Notes under the pieces: model-generated
What the model saw: the letters and a program-made list of their open reading frames with translations, nothing else
Databases searched by the model: none
What the model was told of the DNA's origin: nothing
Source of the DNA: Hamiltosporidium tvaerminnensis FI-OER-3-3
Taxonomy: Eukaryota; Fungi; Microsporidia
Direction: 5' to 3'
Length of the DNA: 64,000 bases
Assembly (NCBI GenBank): GCA_022605425.2
Contig: CM061250.1
Coordinates: 124,001-188,000 of the forward strand
Part shown: positions 39,689 to 51,943 of the stretch, piece after piece
Position numbering within the stretch: the first letter of the stretch is position 1
Layout: each line of letters begins with the position of its first letter
Made by a program: the position numbers and the translations under genes

Positions 39689-39922
39689 TTAATTCCCTTT
39701 TATTGTATTTTTAATTTTTTTTATTTTCTCTTTTAATTTAACACGTTCATTATAAAGATCTTCTGTATTATTTTCATTTACAGGACAAAGTATATCATTT
39801 TCTTTAATAAATAAAGGGGTTTTAATTCCCTTTAGTATTTCAAATTCTATATTTTTATGTGTAAACTGTCTTTCTATTGTTAAATACTTTCTTAATAAAT
39901 TATATTTATTTTCCTTCTTCAT
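39689..39922 (-). CDS. Small hypothetical protein (77 aa)
   Basis: ATG preceded by CCCTTTA, the same motif found before RPL36, LCB1 and RPB1. Confidence 0.5.
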   Translation of the reverse strand: MKKENKYNLLRKYLTIERQFTHKNIEFEILKGIKTPLFIKENDILCPVNENNTEDLYNERVKLKEKIKKIKNTIKGN

Positions 39923-40170
39923 TAAAGGGTTTGTCTTTTATTCTTTAAAAAACCAAGGTGTAATAATTAACACCTTTTGTAAATAGTTATAGATTTAAGA
40001 CCCTTTAATTAAATACTTAATATTTAACACCCTTCATACATAGAACTGTTGTTAACACCCTTTATACATAGAACTGTTGTTAACACCCTTTGTATATCGA
40101 ACTGTTGTTAACACCTTTAATGTAATGTTATAGACTTAATACCCTTTATATATGTATCTATGTAGTCATC

Positions 40171-40610
40171 ACCCTTTTATTCCCTTTATAATCTTCTATG
40201 AGTTAAAACCCTTTATATATCTAATAAAACCTAGTTTATAACCCTTTTATTCCCTTTTTAATCTTCTATGAGTTAAAACCCTTTATATATCTAATAAAAC
40301 CTAGTTTATAACCCTTTTATTCCCTTTTTAATCTTCTATGAGTTAAAACCCTTTATATATCTAATAAAACCTAACTTATAACCCTTTTATTCCCTTTATA
40401 ATCTTCTATGAGTTAAAACCCTTTATATATCTAATAAAACCTAGTTTATAACCCTTTTATTCCCTTTATAATCTTCTATGATTTAAAACCCTTTATATCT
40501 CTAATAAAACCTAGTTTATAACCCTTTTATTCGCTTTATAATCTTCTATGATTTAAAACCCTTTATATATCTAATAAAACCTAGTTTATAACCCTTTTAT
40601 TCGCTTTATA
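40171..40610. repeat. 70-bp tandem repeat, about 6.3 copies, in the divergent promoter region
   Basis: Unit starts at 40171, 40241, 40311, 40381, 40451, 40521 and 40591. Confidence 0.95.
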
Positions 40611-40668
40611 TCTCTAATCTACCCTAATTTATACTTTTTGTTTAAAATAAATAAACTTACCCCTTTAC

Positions 40669-41940
40669 ATGATAACCTTACTATTTCCACTCTTAAAATC
40701 CAATTATTTCAACTTAGCACGTTTAATAACAGAATCGATAATTCTTTTCTTTTTATTTTATTTTCGTTTTAAAAAATACAAAAATACAGATTTAATTCTA
40801 AGCAATAAAACTGTAGAAGAACTGATAGAAGAATTTATTCCAGAAGAAATAAATGAAATAGAAATAAATTCAAAAATATTTGATATTCCATCTTTTCCAT
40901 CTTCTACTTTATATGAATTAGCAGATTATGATTTTTATAATCGTATAAATTCTTATGTAGATATATGTTCAAACACAATAAAAAATTATGGTGTTGGTAC
41001 GTGTGGTCCTCCTGGTTTTTATGGTACGCTTGATTTACATTTAGAATTGGAAAAAAAAATTGCAGAAAATTTTGGAACTGAAAGTTCCATTTTATATTCT
41101 AATAATTTTACGTGTATAAATAGTGTAATTACATGTTTCTGTAAAAGTAAAGATGTAATATTTTATTATTGTCACTGTAATGAGGCAATATTACGTGGTA
41201 TTAGTATTTCTAAAGCTACTTCTGTATATTTCAATGGAATTGAAGATTTAAATAAAAAAATAAAAATATTTTACAGTAAAAAACATAGAAATTTCTTAAT
41301 TGTAGAAGGACTTTGTAGAAATACAGGAGAAATTATAAATTTACAGGAAATAATTGAAATAAAAAAGAAATACAAATTAAGATTAATTGTAGATGAAAGT
41401 CTTTCTTATCCATTACTCAGTTCTACAGGAAGTATTGGATATTGGAATGTAAATATAAAAGATGTGGATATTTTGATGGGTTCACTTTCTCATGTAATAC
41501 CTCTCAATGGTGGTTTCTCTGCTTCTAGTTCCTATGTCGTAGAATACCAGAGACTGAGTGCTCCTTCTTATTGTTTTTCTGCTTCTCTTCCCGGTTTCTT
41601 TGCTTCTGCTGCTCTTCAGTCTTTTACTTTTTATGCCATCAATACTTCAAATCTTTTTCATAAATATTTTTTATCTGAAAATTACAGCGTAATTTCTCAT
41701 AAAGATAGTCCTTTGGTTATAATTACTCATAAAAATAATCTTACAAATAATTCTTTAGAAAATGAACTTTTAAGAATTTATGAAATTAAAAATAAATTAC
41801 TTAAACATGGTGTTAGAGTAGGTGTTAATCAAAATCCTTTTCCTAGTCTTAGAATATGTGTTAAGAAAGGACTTAGTAATAAAGAAGTAATGGGTGTTAT
41901 TAATAAGGTTAAGATGGCATGTGAAACAGTAGAAATATAA
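40669..41940 (+). CDS. LCB1: Serine palmitoyltransferase subunit 1
   Basis: YGVGTCGPPGFYGTLDLHLELE, VDES, YQRLSAPSYCFSASLP; N-terminal TM. Confidence 0.9.
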   Translation: MITLLFPLLKSNYFNLARLITESIILFFLFYFRFKKYKNTDLILSNKTVEELIEEFIPEEINEIEINSKIFDIPSFPSSTLYELADYDFYNRINSYVDICSNTIKNYGVGTCGPPGFYGTLDLHLELEKKIAENFGTESSILYSNNFTCINSVITCFCKSKDVIFYYCHCNEAILRGISISKATSVYFNGIEDLNKKIKIFYSKKHRNFLIVEGLCRNTGEIINLQEIIEIKKKYKLRLIVDESLSYPLLSSTGSIGYWNVNIKDVDILMGSLSHVIPLNGGFSASSSYVVEYQRLSAPSYCFSASLPGFFASAALQSFTFYAINTSNLFHKYFLSENYSVISHKDSPLVIITHKNNLTNNSLENELLRIYEIKNKLLKHGVRVGVNQNPFPSLRICVKKGLSNKEVMGVINKVKMACETVEI

Positions 41941-41944
41941 TGGT

Positions 41945-42145
41945 TATTAAAGGGGTGTTAGTAATAGTATGGTAGTTAAAGGGGTGTTGATAATAAGGGA
42001 TGGTAAATAACAGTGGGTTTATTAATAGTAGTGTAGTTAAAGGGGTGTTGATGATAAGGCTACTAAATAACAGGGTTTTAGCAATAAGGGTAGTAGATAA
42101 CAGGGTTTTAGTAATCAGGGTAGTAAATAACAGGGTCTTAGTAAA
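41945..42145. repeat. Degenerate GGGGTGTT/CAGGGTTTTAG minisatellite
   Basis: Repeated taaaggggtgtt and aataacagggt units downstream of LCB1. Confidence 0.65.
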
Positions 42146-42446
42146 AAGAATTTCAATAAAAATGTATTTTTTTTAGAATTAAATTATTTAAAAATTAAAA
42201 TAAATGACGAATTAAATTTAAACGAAGAAGCAAAAGTTTTTAAATTATGGAACAACTTGTATTGATAAAAAGAAGAAGTAAAAATACTATAAAATATTAT
42301 AAAATACTGTAAAATACTGTAAAATATTATAAAATAGGGTAAAATATTTATATAAGAGAATGAAGAAGTAAAACAACTTAATTACTAAAATATACACAAG
42401 TTATAATTCTTAATAACAGAAATAATAAATATCAACCACTTTAATA

Positions 42447-42767
42447 TTATAAGCGAGAGCTAAGTGCTTCCAACTTCTTCTTAGCAGTACGTAAAGTACC
42501 AAGTCTAGATTTAAGAAACTTCTTACATCTACGATCTTTATCTTTTCTAAGATATTCCAAAGCTTTTTTTTCGTAGGGAGAAAGTCCGCATATTTCTGTA
42601 ACAATTGAACGTGCAAAAAGTACTTTTTCGTTTTTTGTGGAAAGCATTGTTTTTTTACCTGGGCGTGGTAATCTTTCAAGTGTGAGTGGTGTTACTTTAT
42701 GGTTTGTTTTTTCTTTTTTCTGTTTTCTTTTTTTCTGTTCTGAAGTGATTTTATTAGGTTTTGACAT
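42447..42767 (-). CDS. RPL36: 60S ribosomal protein L36 (eL36)
   Basis: EICGLSPYEKKALEYLRKDKDRRCKKFLKSRLGT; CCCTTT before the ATG. Confidence 0.92.
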   Translation of the reverse strand: MSKPNKITSEQKKRKQKKEKTNHKVTPLTLERLPRPGKKTMLSTKNEKVLFARSIVTEICGLSPYEKKALEYLRKDKDRRCKKFLKSRLGTLRTAKKKLEALSSRL

Positions 42768-43164
42768 TGAAAGGGTAAAAAAAATATTTTACAAAATAGA
42801 AATGTGGGAATAGAAATTTTAGAAAATGAGAGATATACGAAAAAAGAGGATGAAACTAATCAGAAATTTTAAACACATGAAATTTTAGAAAATGAGAGAT
42901 ATACGAAAAAATAGGATTAAACGAATAATAAATGTAAGAAAAGAGAGGATGAAACTAATGAAATTTTAGAAAATTTGTGATTTTAAACGAATTATAACTG
43001 TAAGAATGTAAGCTTATGAAAGTGTAAGTTTAAGAAAATGAATATCGTGAGAATTTAAAGAATTTAGAAAGGATGGAATATATTTGTAGAAAATAGAATT
43101 TATGAAAGAAATTATTAGAAAGATTAGAAATCTATTAATGATTAAATAATCTTAAACTTTAAAT

Positions 43165-43847
43165 TGTAGTAAGGAGATTAAACACAAAAAACCATCTGCT
43201 TGTCAATATACATGTAAAATTTATGTGGAAATATTTTGCGGGATTTGTGGAACTAAAAGCGCAATACTTTTTCGGTTATTCTGTTGCAATTTCATACTGA
43301 GGATGAAATCTACAGAAGTATAACGATTTCTCTGCAAACTTAGTTTATATTTCTGTAATAAAAACATTGAATATAAAAAAGAAACACTCCAAATACTTAC
43401 CATGTAAATGTATGGAAACCTAGCTTTATACACTCGGTTTAGAATAGTTAGAGCCTGGAAGATACAAACTTAAAACCTTTCTAACCCAGAAATGCCTCTT
43501 GGTAAATAAAATATTCTTTGTATTAAATTGCATGTTTAGATATACTTCCTATAAGTCGCAAAAGTATATCCTGGTTAGGGATTTATTGTTTTTGGTTTGT
43601 AGTGAAAACGAAAATACTACATATTCTTTGGGAAGTCCGGAATTAATTTCGACACGATCATACCGGGAAACAGACATTACCGAACTCTAATAACTTCCCA
43701 GCAAATTAATTAGGTTTCACACATTTCTAAGGTGAAATTTTATAAATTGAGGATAGTTAGAGATTCCGATGGTATGTTAAGGAGCAGTTATATATGTTAA
43801 ACCTAGAACTACGTTAATATCATGAAAAATATTTAACTTATGCCACA
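43165..43847 (+). mobile_element. ~690-bp dispersed repeat (probable solo LTR), diverged copy 3
   Basis: Starts TGTAG and ends GCCACA; shares catgtaaa..tggaaacctagc and gcagttat..atgttaaacctagaactacgttaat. Confidence 0.65.
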
Positions 43848-44274
43848 TTATAAAAAGATGTGAAATTATTTCGTTATTTATATTAAAATGAACTCCTATT
43901 TCTCTGCCAATTTTTTAAAAATCGGTCTTTTAAATACAAAAATAAGTGTATTTGTCTATTTGATTATTGAAAGTAATCTATGTTTATAGGTATTACAAAG
44001 TTAGAATTAGATTTCTCAAAGATATCAGTAATTTTTGAAAGTGCCAAATTTAGAGTTCTTACTTGATTTGACATCAATTTTTTTTAGCTTTTCTTGTTTT
44101 CTACTTTTATTTTAGATGACTTATTTAGTTTTCAGAAATATTTTAATTCCTTTTTATCTCTTTCTTTATGATTTTTATTAGAATCTTTTGATTATAAATT
44201 TTGTTTTCTGAACTATTTTAATTCCCTTTTTCTATCTCCTTGTTCATGATTTTTATTAGAATTTTTTGATTTAT

Positions 44275-44553
44275 AAATTCATTTTCATGGGGCAAATAAT
44301 CTAAAAACTTAAATCAGTATTAATTTAAATTGAATCTAAATTATAGATTTTGTCAAACTTTTGTAATAAATTTCATTTTCATGGGGCAAATAATCTAAAA
44401 ACTTAAATCAGTATTAATTTAAATTGAAGCTAAATTATAGGTTTTGTCAAACTTTTCTAATAAATTTCATTTTCATGGGGAAAATAATCTAAAAAATTAA
44501 TTAAATTAAAGTTAAATTGTAGGTTTTGTCCAACTTTTCTAATAAATTTCATT
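44275..44553. repeat. 94-bp tandem repeat, about 3 copies
   Basis: attttcatgggg at 44281, 44375 and 44469. Confidence 0.85.
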
Positions 44554-44742
44554 TGAAAAGTAGTGAAAGGTTTCTTAATAAAATATCAAATCGTAACTTA
44601 AAACTAACTAAAGAAACAAATTTTGTATTCATAAGTACTAGAATTAATAAATTATAACATATTTAATTCTATTATCTATAAAATCAAATTACAATAAAAA
44701 TAAAAATATTTGATTCAAATGTTTATTTTTTAAAATTCTGTA

Positions 44743-46770
44743 TTATACCGCACTACAAATTTCTTGTCTCAAACACTCTTCATAAGAAATAATTGTTCCG
44801 TTTACATTAAGATTATTAAAGAAGACGAAAGAGTTTGAAATTACAAATATTAAAAGTATATTTTCTCCAAATATACTAATTGATATTCCTATGAGTAATA
44901 AAGAAAAATATAAACTAAACAAATAATTTGTTTGGTAGAATTGAGAGGAGGTAAAAATAAATGGTAAGTAATTGAAGAGATATGAAATATAAATGAAAAT
45001 TATAAAAAAATTAATAAAAATTCCTTTTCTGTATCTTTGTAATGAAATATGATTGAAGAAAAGAAAAAGTGGAAAAAGTATGGCAATTATAGAAGAGAAA
45101 ACGTGTGTTAAAATATTATATGGGACAATTAAAACATTTTTGTTATTGTTTGTCATATCTAAGCTGTAATGGTCTGTTTTTAAGAAGTAATGAATGTTTC
45201 CTTTTATAGAGAATAACCATTTCCATGGACTTATGATTGAAATATTTTTATTATCTAAATTATTGGTTTGTTCAAATATTTTACTATTTAATTCTATAAA
45301 TTTTTGGAAAAAAGTTAAATTTTTATAATTTTCTATTTTTTCTTTTGATTTTATGTCTTTTGAGATTTTATGTATTTCTTCGTTTCTGTTGTCTTCAATA
45401 TAAAAATTTCTCATTCCTTTTCTACCGTCTCTAGAAGTATGTGCTTCGTATGTATTGTTTTCTAATTTTCTTATTCCTAAATAGGAATGTGTCATATGAT
45501 GTTTAAGCTGTAGTAGTGATGTTCTACATTGTAAAAATTCCGTATCGCATTCTACAACCCAATAATCATTTTCATCAGTCATATTTTTGCTTCCACTTCC
45601 ATAAGCAGTGGCTTCAAAAAATTTTTTATCTTTGGAATTTTCAGTATTTATTTCATGGGAATGTAAATATTTATCAGTCATTAAATGTATAATTTTAACA
45701 GAATCTCCATTCTTGATAAATTTAGAATCGATTCCTTCATTATTCGGTTCTTGGTTGCTTTCTTCGATATTATGTACTTTCATAATTCTCCATAAAGCAT
45801 ATTCGTCTTTATTTTGATCACCACTGACTATTTGCTGTTTACTTCCTGTGGTTAAATATTCATCACTGGAATTTAGATAAACCTTATTTTCAGTGTTTAT
45901 AAGTGTTAATATAGAATGATCCATTACATATTTATCGACTTGTTCGATAGGAAAATTCTTCAAATCACTTTGAAAATGTAAACTTAAATTTCTTGCTTCA
46001 TTTGTAAATTCTGTTTGAAAGAGAAAATAAATATAAAATGAAGCGATATATATCAAAAAAGGTACAACTATCATTCCAAACACGAAATTCATGAAATAAA
46101 CAAAAATACTTCGAAATTTGATATCCGGGTTATAAAAAGCTGTAAAAATTTCTACCAAAATGTAAATTGAAACAGCCAACCAAAAAGAAATTCCAATTAA
46201 TTTTGAAGAAATATTCAAACCACAAAATATTCCAACTAAAAACAAATAAACATATTTTCTTTCATAATAAAATTCACTGAAAAAGTAAAAACTACAGACC
46301 ATAAAAAATAAAGAGTACGGATCTGCTGTAATAAATTTGAAATGCATTTGATATAAATTTTCAAATAAAACCAAAAGTGACACCAAAAAAGCCTTCCATG
46401 GTTCTAAAATACGCAAAAGAATTTTATAGGTCATTAATATAACAAATATAGATAATATGACACTAACACCTCTCAGTAGTACATATGAAGCTTTATGAAA
46501 TACTGTTGGCATTCCTATTTCACTCAAAACACTAAAATTACTTTTTCCCCAAAATAGAAGAAAAGAAATAATCAATTTACCAAGTGGTGGTTGTAAATCA
46601 TATTTAAATTGTCTTTCAATTAATCCACGTGCCAATTTAATAAAATATGCTTCCTCTTGTATCAAAGAGAAGGGAAATGTTATAAAAAAGAACCGCGTAG
46701 TTATTGATAGCCATACAAGAATCCTAAAAAGTTTTCTCTCTGATATTTTTTTTGTCCCGAAAAGTTTCAT
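44743..46770 (-). CDS. Dolichyl-phosphate-mannose:protein O-mannosyltransferase-like protein (PMT family, MIR domains)
   Basis: DLQPPLGKL, multiple TMs, MIR motifs (SKQQIVS, KYLHSH, DENDYW), SPWKW. Confidence 0.85.
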   Translation of the reverse strand: MKLFGTKKISERKLFRILVWLSITTRFFFITFPFSLIQEEAYFIKLARGLIERQFKYDLQPPLGKLIISFLLFWGKSNFSVLSEIGMPTVFHKASYVLLRGVSVILSIFVILMTYKILLRILEPWKAFLVSLLVLFENLYQMHFKFITADPYSLFFMVCSFYFFSEFYYERKYVYLFLVGIFCGLNISSKLIGISFWLAVSIYILVEIFTAFYNPDIKFRSIFVYFMNFVFGMIVVPFLIYIASFYIYFLFQTEFTNEARNLSLHFQSDLKNFPIEQVDKYVMDHSILTLINTENKVYLNSSDEYLTTGSKQQIVSGDQNKDEYALWRIMKVHNIEESNQEPNNEGIDSKFIKNGDSVKIIHLMTDKYLHSHEINTENSKDKKFFEATAYGSGSKNMTDENDYWVVECDTEFLQCRTSLLQLKHHMTHSYLGIRKLENNTYEAHTSRDGRKGMRNFYIEDNRNEEIHKISKDIKSKEKIENYKNLTFFQKFIELNSKIFEQTNNLDNKNISIISPWKWLFSIKGNIHYFLKTDHYSLDMTNNNKNVLIVPYNILTHVFSSIIAILFPLFLFFNHISLQRYRKGIFINFFIIFIYISYLFNYLPFIFTSSQFYQTNYLFSLYFSLLLIGISISIFGENILLIFVISNSFVFFNNLNVNGTIISYEECLRQEICSAV

Positions 46771-46917
46771 GCAAAAATAAACAAAAAACTTATTTATTTA
46801 TTTTTTAATTCAAAACAAAAAAAAAGTTGTAATCGCTCATATTTTTAATGAAAAATATCTTTTATATCGTTGATGTATTTTTAAAATAAATGTTAATTAA
46901 ATATAAATTTATGAATT

Positions 46918-47092
46918 GAAAGAAGAAAAAGATAAAAAAACAATTTCAGAAGATTAGAAACCCAAAAGAAGAAAAAGATAAAAAAAATGTATTTTTTTTA
47001 ATAGAAAAAAAACAATTTCTGAAGATTAGAAAACAAAAAGAAGAAAAAGATAAAAAACAATTTCTGAAGATTAGAAAACAAAAAGAAGAAAA
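46918..47092. repeat. Imperfect tandem repeat upstream of the PMT gene
   Basis: aagaagaaaaagataaaaaa / caatttctgaagattagaaaac repeated 3-4 times. Confidence 0.7.
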
Positions 47093-48169
47093 TATTCTTA
47101 TAGATTGTTTCATAGTTTTAATTTGTTTCAGTGTCAGTTTTCTTGGTTTAACTATTCCTGTTTCTCATATTGACTCTTTTTTATATTTTAAGTCAAGGCT
47201 TTGGTCTCGATAATTTCAGTCAACCTTAAGGCTGTTTATTTCACTTCATATTACGGATACATTTTTACGCGTTGATAAATATTTTTAAGGCATTATAACT
47301 AGCATCGTTTTTTGAATTTTGATGTCAGCCATTACTACATCTTCTAACTCACATAAAAAAGCGTCTTGCTCAATATTTTGACAAAATAAAAAAATTTGCT
47401 TTGATTTTGAGGTATATTCTCTTGGATTGCATTCATAATATATTGTTATGTATATCTGACGCTCCTAAAGTACTGTTAATTGTTTTTTACAATGTAAACT
47501 TAGGTTATCATAAAAAGTACTAAATGAACTTATACTTATAGATAAGACCGAATTTATTACTCAATAAGCCTTGTTCTTGTAATAATTAATTTATTGGTTT
47601 TAAGCAAAACTATCGATGCATTTTCTATTTAAATAAATATAATTCCATTTTCTATTATATACAAACTACAACTAAGATGCGCTATGGCTCTTAAAAAGCT
47701 CTGGCCTTGTTAACGATATTTCTCCATTCATTTCTAATTATATATAAACATGTAAGATATGTTTAAAGCTTTTAACTCTGTTCATTCGTTTGCATATTTC
47801 AGTATACTATGATTATCTTTTGATTTAAAGAAATGACTCTTAATGATTTTATAAATCTAAAATAATAGATTTTTCAAAGAAGATATATGCCACGATGCAT
47901 TGACCCTTATTATATATACACGTGTCCTATATTTTTTTTAAACTTGTTGCATTATACACCCCTGACTTTTAGAACTATCTCACTTTTGTCATTTTTCTTT
48001 TGCATTCATTTGTACATTTTAATTCTGGATATAACAAAAACGCCTTATTTCAAAAGTCTGGTATTTATTTACAGACTCAATTTTGAAGAATCCCAATTAC
48101 TTTTTAGCATATAGTTTCCTGAAGTATAAAAATTTGACGGTAATTCGGACTCTATAAAAAAGAAGGATA

Positions 48170-48490
48170 ATATTTCTAAAAACATCTGCTTGGTAATAGT
48201 TGAATATAATTGATAGAAAAATCATTAATTGGATTTTAGTTGGAGAAAAACCACACCACATTATTGGTTGTTTAATCGAGATTTGTATAACACAGAGAAC
48301 TTCTTTGAATATGTAGAAAATTTTTCTACAAATCTCTTCTGTAGTTCATCAAGAAACTAATTTAGAAATTGCAGTTAAACATATATAAATTGTTTTGTAA
48401 AAGGATAAAAACTAGCCTTGTTCACTCGGATACAATTACCTAGCGCTTGAAAGGATAAAAAACTTACGTTTTTATAGGGTAAGAACTCAA
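48170..48490 (+). mobile_element. Partial, highly diverged copy of the ~690-bp repeat
   Basis: tctgcttggtaat, ttggatttt..aaaaccacac, actagccttgttcactcg match the 5' half of the family. Confidence 0.5.
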
Positions 48491-49899
48491 CAAGAGCTCT
48501 TGTTCTGCCATTTTCTTCCGATTCAAATTTCGGATAAATAAAGAGATTTAGAATTGGTTTAAGGATCTGCGTTTCTTTAAATCACATTGTTAAAATATCG
48601 AAACGAAACTACGAGATAAATATATTAAATTATTGCAAAACATATAAGTTAAGTATAAAACATATGATTAACTTTGAAATATATGTGTATTCCGGTCACA
48701 AATTAAAAAAAAAACTATTTATTGTACAAAAGAACTTTAAAAATATAATATTAGCATTTTAACTCTAGAATAACTACCAGTGAAAAAAGCCTACGTTTTA
48801 AATATAAAAAAATGCACAGTGTTTTAGACTGACTATGCACACATTATTAGAATAGTCATTGTTGTCAAGAATGATATATTAAAAAGGTCTTAGATACAAA
48901 GCGATACAGTATGCCAAAAAAATCTGGAACTTTATGCTTTAAAGAAATTAAGTATATTTAGAACATCTTAATTTACATTGTTGTAACGGGTATAATAAGA
49001 GTATATTAGAACATATAATTAAAGTAAATTCATAGAATATTGTCTATATAAACAATCCGAGTAAAATTAAAAATGTATAGCCAAAGAAAATACAGACACT
49101 TCGATTTAATATTTAGTATACCATCCACGGGCATATTAGGCAACAAAATCCCGTTGTTTTTAGAAAAAAAGTTTGTGAATCTAAGCACTAAGAAGTTAGT
49201 CCGAATTTCATAAAATTTAACTTGGCCTCATTCAAATTTTAAAACGTGGAATACTACTGTGTAACTTCTCTCGAAGCACCCAAATAAAAGGTATCTTTTA
49301 TAGAGGCAGGCTCTATCATTTGAATAAAAGGATTTGTTAACCCGTGTAACTAAAGAGTTGTTTTGATTAACGAAAGAAATATTTAATTAATATTCCAATT
49401 CTTCGTTTTCTATTCTTCTATTATTGGGGTTTTAATAAAATAGGATTTTATATTTTATAAGGGAATTCCATAACGCATAATTATTTAGTATAATACTACA
49501 CAAATACAATTTCTTTTTTTATAAGAGCACAATTTTGTTATAATAGACATAAATTTGGTGACTGAGATAGCCAATGAAGTAATTTGGATCACTTTCTTTC
49601 AAAATATTCCACGGCAACCTTTAATTTATGCTTAGAATCATTATCTTGTAGTAAAATATACCTGTCTAAACTTATATTTCTAGCAAAAAATTCTAAATTG
49701 ATTTTACCTATACTACCATATATAAATCTATCACATTTGTAATAATAAATTTCGAACTAATTCCACATTTCAATCCTTATTCTAAAAAAAAAAGTTTTGT
49801 ATGCAAGCTTTCTTGAATAAGAGTCCAATGTTTTTTGTTTTATTTATGTTTTGGAAGAAAAAATAGAAAGTTTGTTTAACGGGTAAAATGTTTTATCAA

Positions 49900-50700
49900 A
49901 ATGAAATGAATTGCGACAATATGGAATTACAAGACTTATAAAACTTTAAGGACTCAAGAATATTTACCTTCTAATTTTAAACGCTACCAGAAAAACTGGT
50001 TTTTAAAACAAGCATTCGACTTATACCTTTATAGTGGTAAGCTATATACAGCTGATGTTAAAAACAACATACAATAAGTATTAGCAGGTGCCGAGATGCA
50101 AGTTAATATTTTTGCTTCGATACATCTCTCTGGTCATATTGAAATAAAAGCAATGCACTTGTAAATCTTAATAAAATACTGCAGGTTTAAGCGAAGGAGA
50201 ACAGAAATATTATTAAACTATGCCAAGAATGCCAGCATTATAGACCCTTTGAGCGAAAAGATACAAATTTGACGATACTGCAAATATTTTAATGGAAAGA
50301 GTTGGATGGATCTTGAGGATATGCGGAGATATCCAAAAAATAATGAAGCTTTCTAAGCTCTTACACTTTTTTGATCTACACTCTAACTTTTTATTTGAAG
50401 GTACCTTTGCAAATAAAGTCTGCAGCTGATCTCACAAATGTTTTTAAAAATCTTTTTTCTTTAAAGTGCGTGTAGTATTTTATAAATAGATAATAAGAAG
50501 AGTTTTTACTCGACCGAATAAAACATATTGTTCTGGTCACAGCATTCATATTTTACCGTAAGACCAAGCTATCTCTAAAATCAAAAAGAAGATAAAAGAA
50601 TGTAACCAAAGATCTATTTATAGGCTTGCTATAAATTTAAGAACATCTACCCAAAAAAAGATAAATAAATTTATATAAAAACCTCGTATATATCTACAAG
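49900..50700 (+). pseudogene. Decayed gypsy/Ginger-type integrase (H2C2 + rve)
   Basis: Fragments across frames: HLSGHI, CQECQHYRP, ERVG.DL.DMRRY, PLQ.KSA, DN, RP.Y; many stops. Confidence 0.55.
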
Positions 50701-51943
50701 CAACCGAAAGTATAGAAATAAACATTACCTCATCAAAAATCTTTAAACGCTATATAGTCAAAAATACAGTTAAATTGAAGAACATCTAATAAGTAAAGAA
50801 TATTAATCAAGAATAAATTAAAAGAAAATCTCGAGAATGCATATATAGACAGAGAAATTCTATTTGATGAAAATCAAATAGCTGTTGAAAATACAGTATC
50901 AAATAAAAAGGATATCCTTCCAACGATCTCACTTAAATATCAACACAAATATGTACCTCGTATTAAAAAAACTATGTGTAACTACACTTCTTTTACTTAA
51001 TCTTTATTTTTGCTTATGAAATGCTACTAAGAATACATTTCTACAAAAATCTAAAAAAGCAAGAAGACGGTTTTTAATAAAGAAAAGGCTTTTAGAAGTG
51101 TTTGATAAAGATCATAATATTAGATTTTTAATAAAATATGACGGCACGCAAGAAATACTTTGCAGAAATTGATTTAAGAAGTATAATTGTGATATCTAAT
51201 CTTGACAAAAATATTAATAATCAAAGCTTCACTTTTGAAACATTCGGTTGATATCTTTTAAAGTAATATTTTCCTATGTTTTTTTTTATTTTAACTTCTT
51301 AATGACTACAGTATTCTTATTCAAGTTATTTATAATTCTTAAAATAAAAAGAAAATAAGCAAAATATTAAACGATGAAGAATCGTCTTAAAAAAGAAGCA
51401 AAGCGAATAAAAGATTTTGTTTTTATTAGAATTGACAAAAAATAAAACTCTTTCTAACCTTTCTGTGATTTTCTTAGAAATATTATTGCTGTAGAATCAG
51501 TTGAAAAATAAATGCCAAGATCTACTTTTGATACGACAGCAAGTCCTAAACTAAAATATTTCTACCATTTTTTAGAGGGTTTATGTCATTTTTTAAAGCT
51601 CTGGGTTCCCTCTTACTTAATTTATACATAAACCTTAAGATATAAATAAAGGAAGAGCAACTTGTATTCATCTCATAATATTTATTTTCAAATCTTTATC
51701 TTAAATTACTAAAAATAAATTATAAATTTTTACATAAATCCATATTTTTTTAGTAAAAACAAAGACTTTTGTCCAGAAGAATTTAAATAGCCACTAACCA
51801 TAGAAGAATAGTATCGTATACTCTGATACATTACCTTTATAATTGCATATATAACAACTTTTTAATAATTGTTAGTAGAATTGTTATATCATTATTTCTT
51901 CATATTATCATTATTTCTTCATATTAATATTATTTCTTCATAT

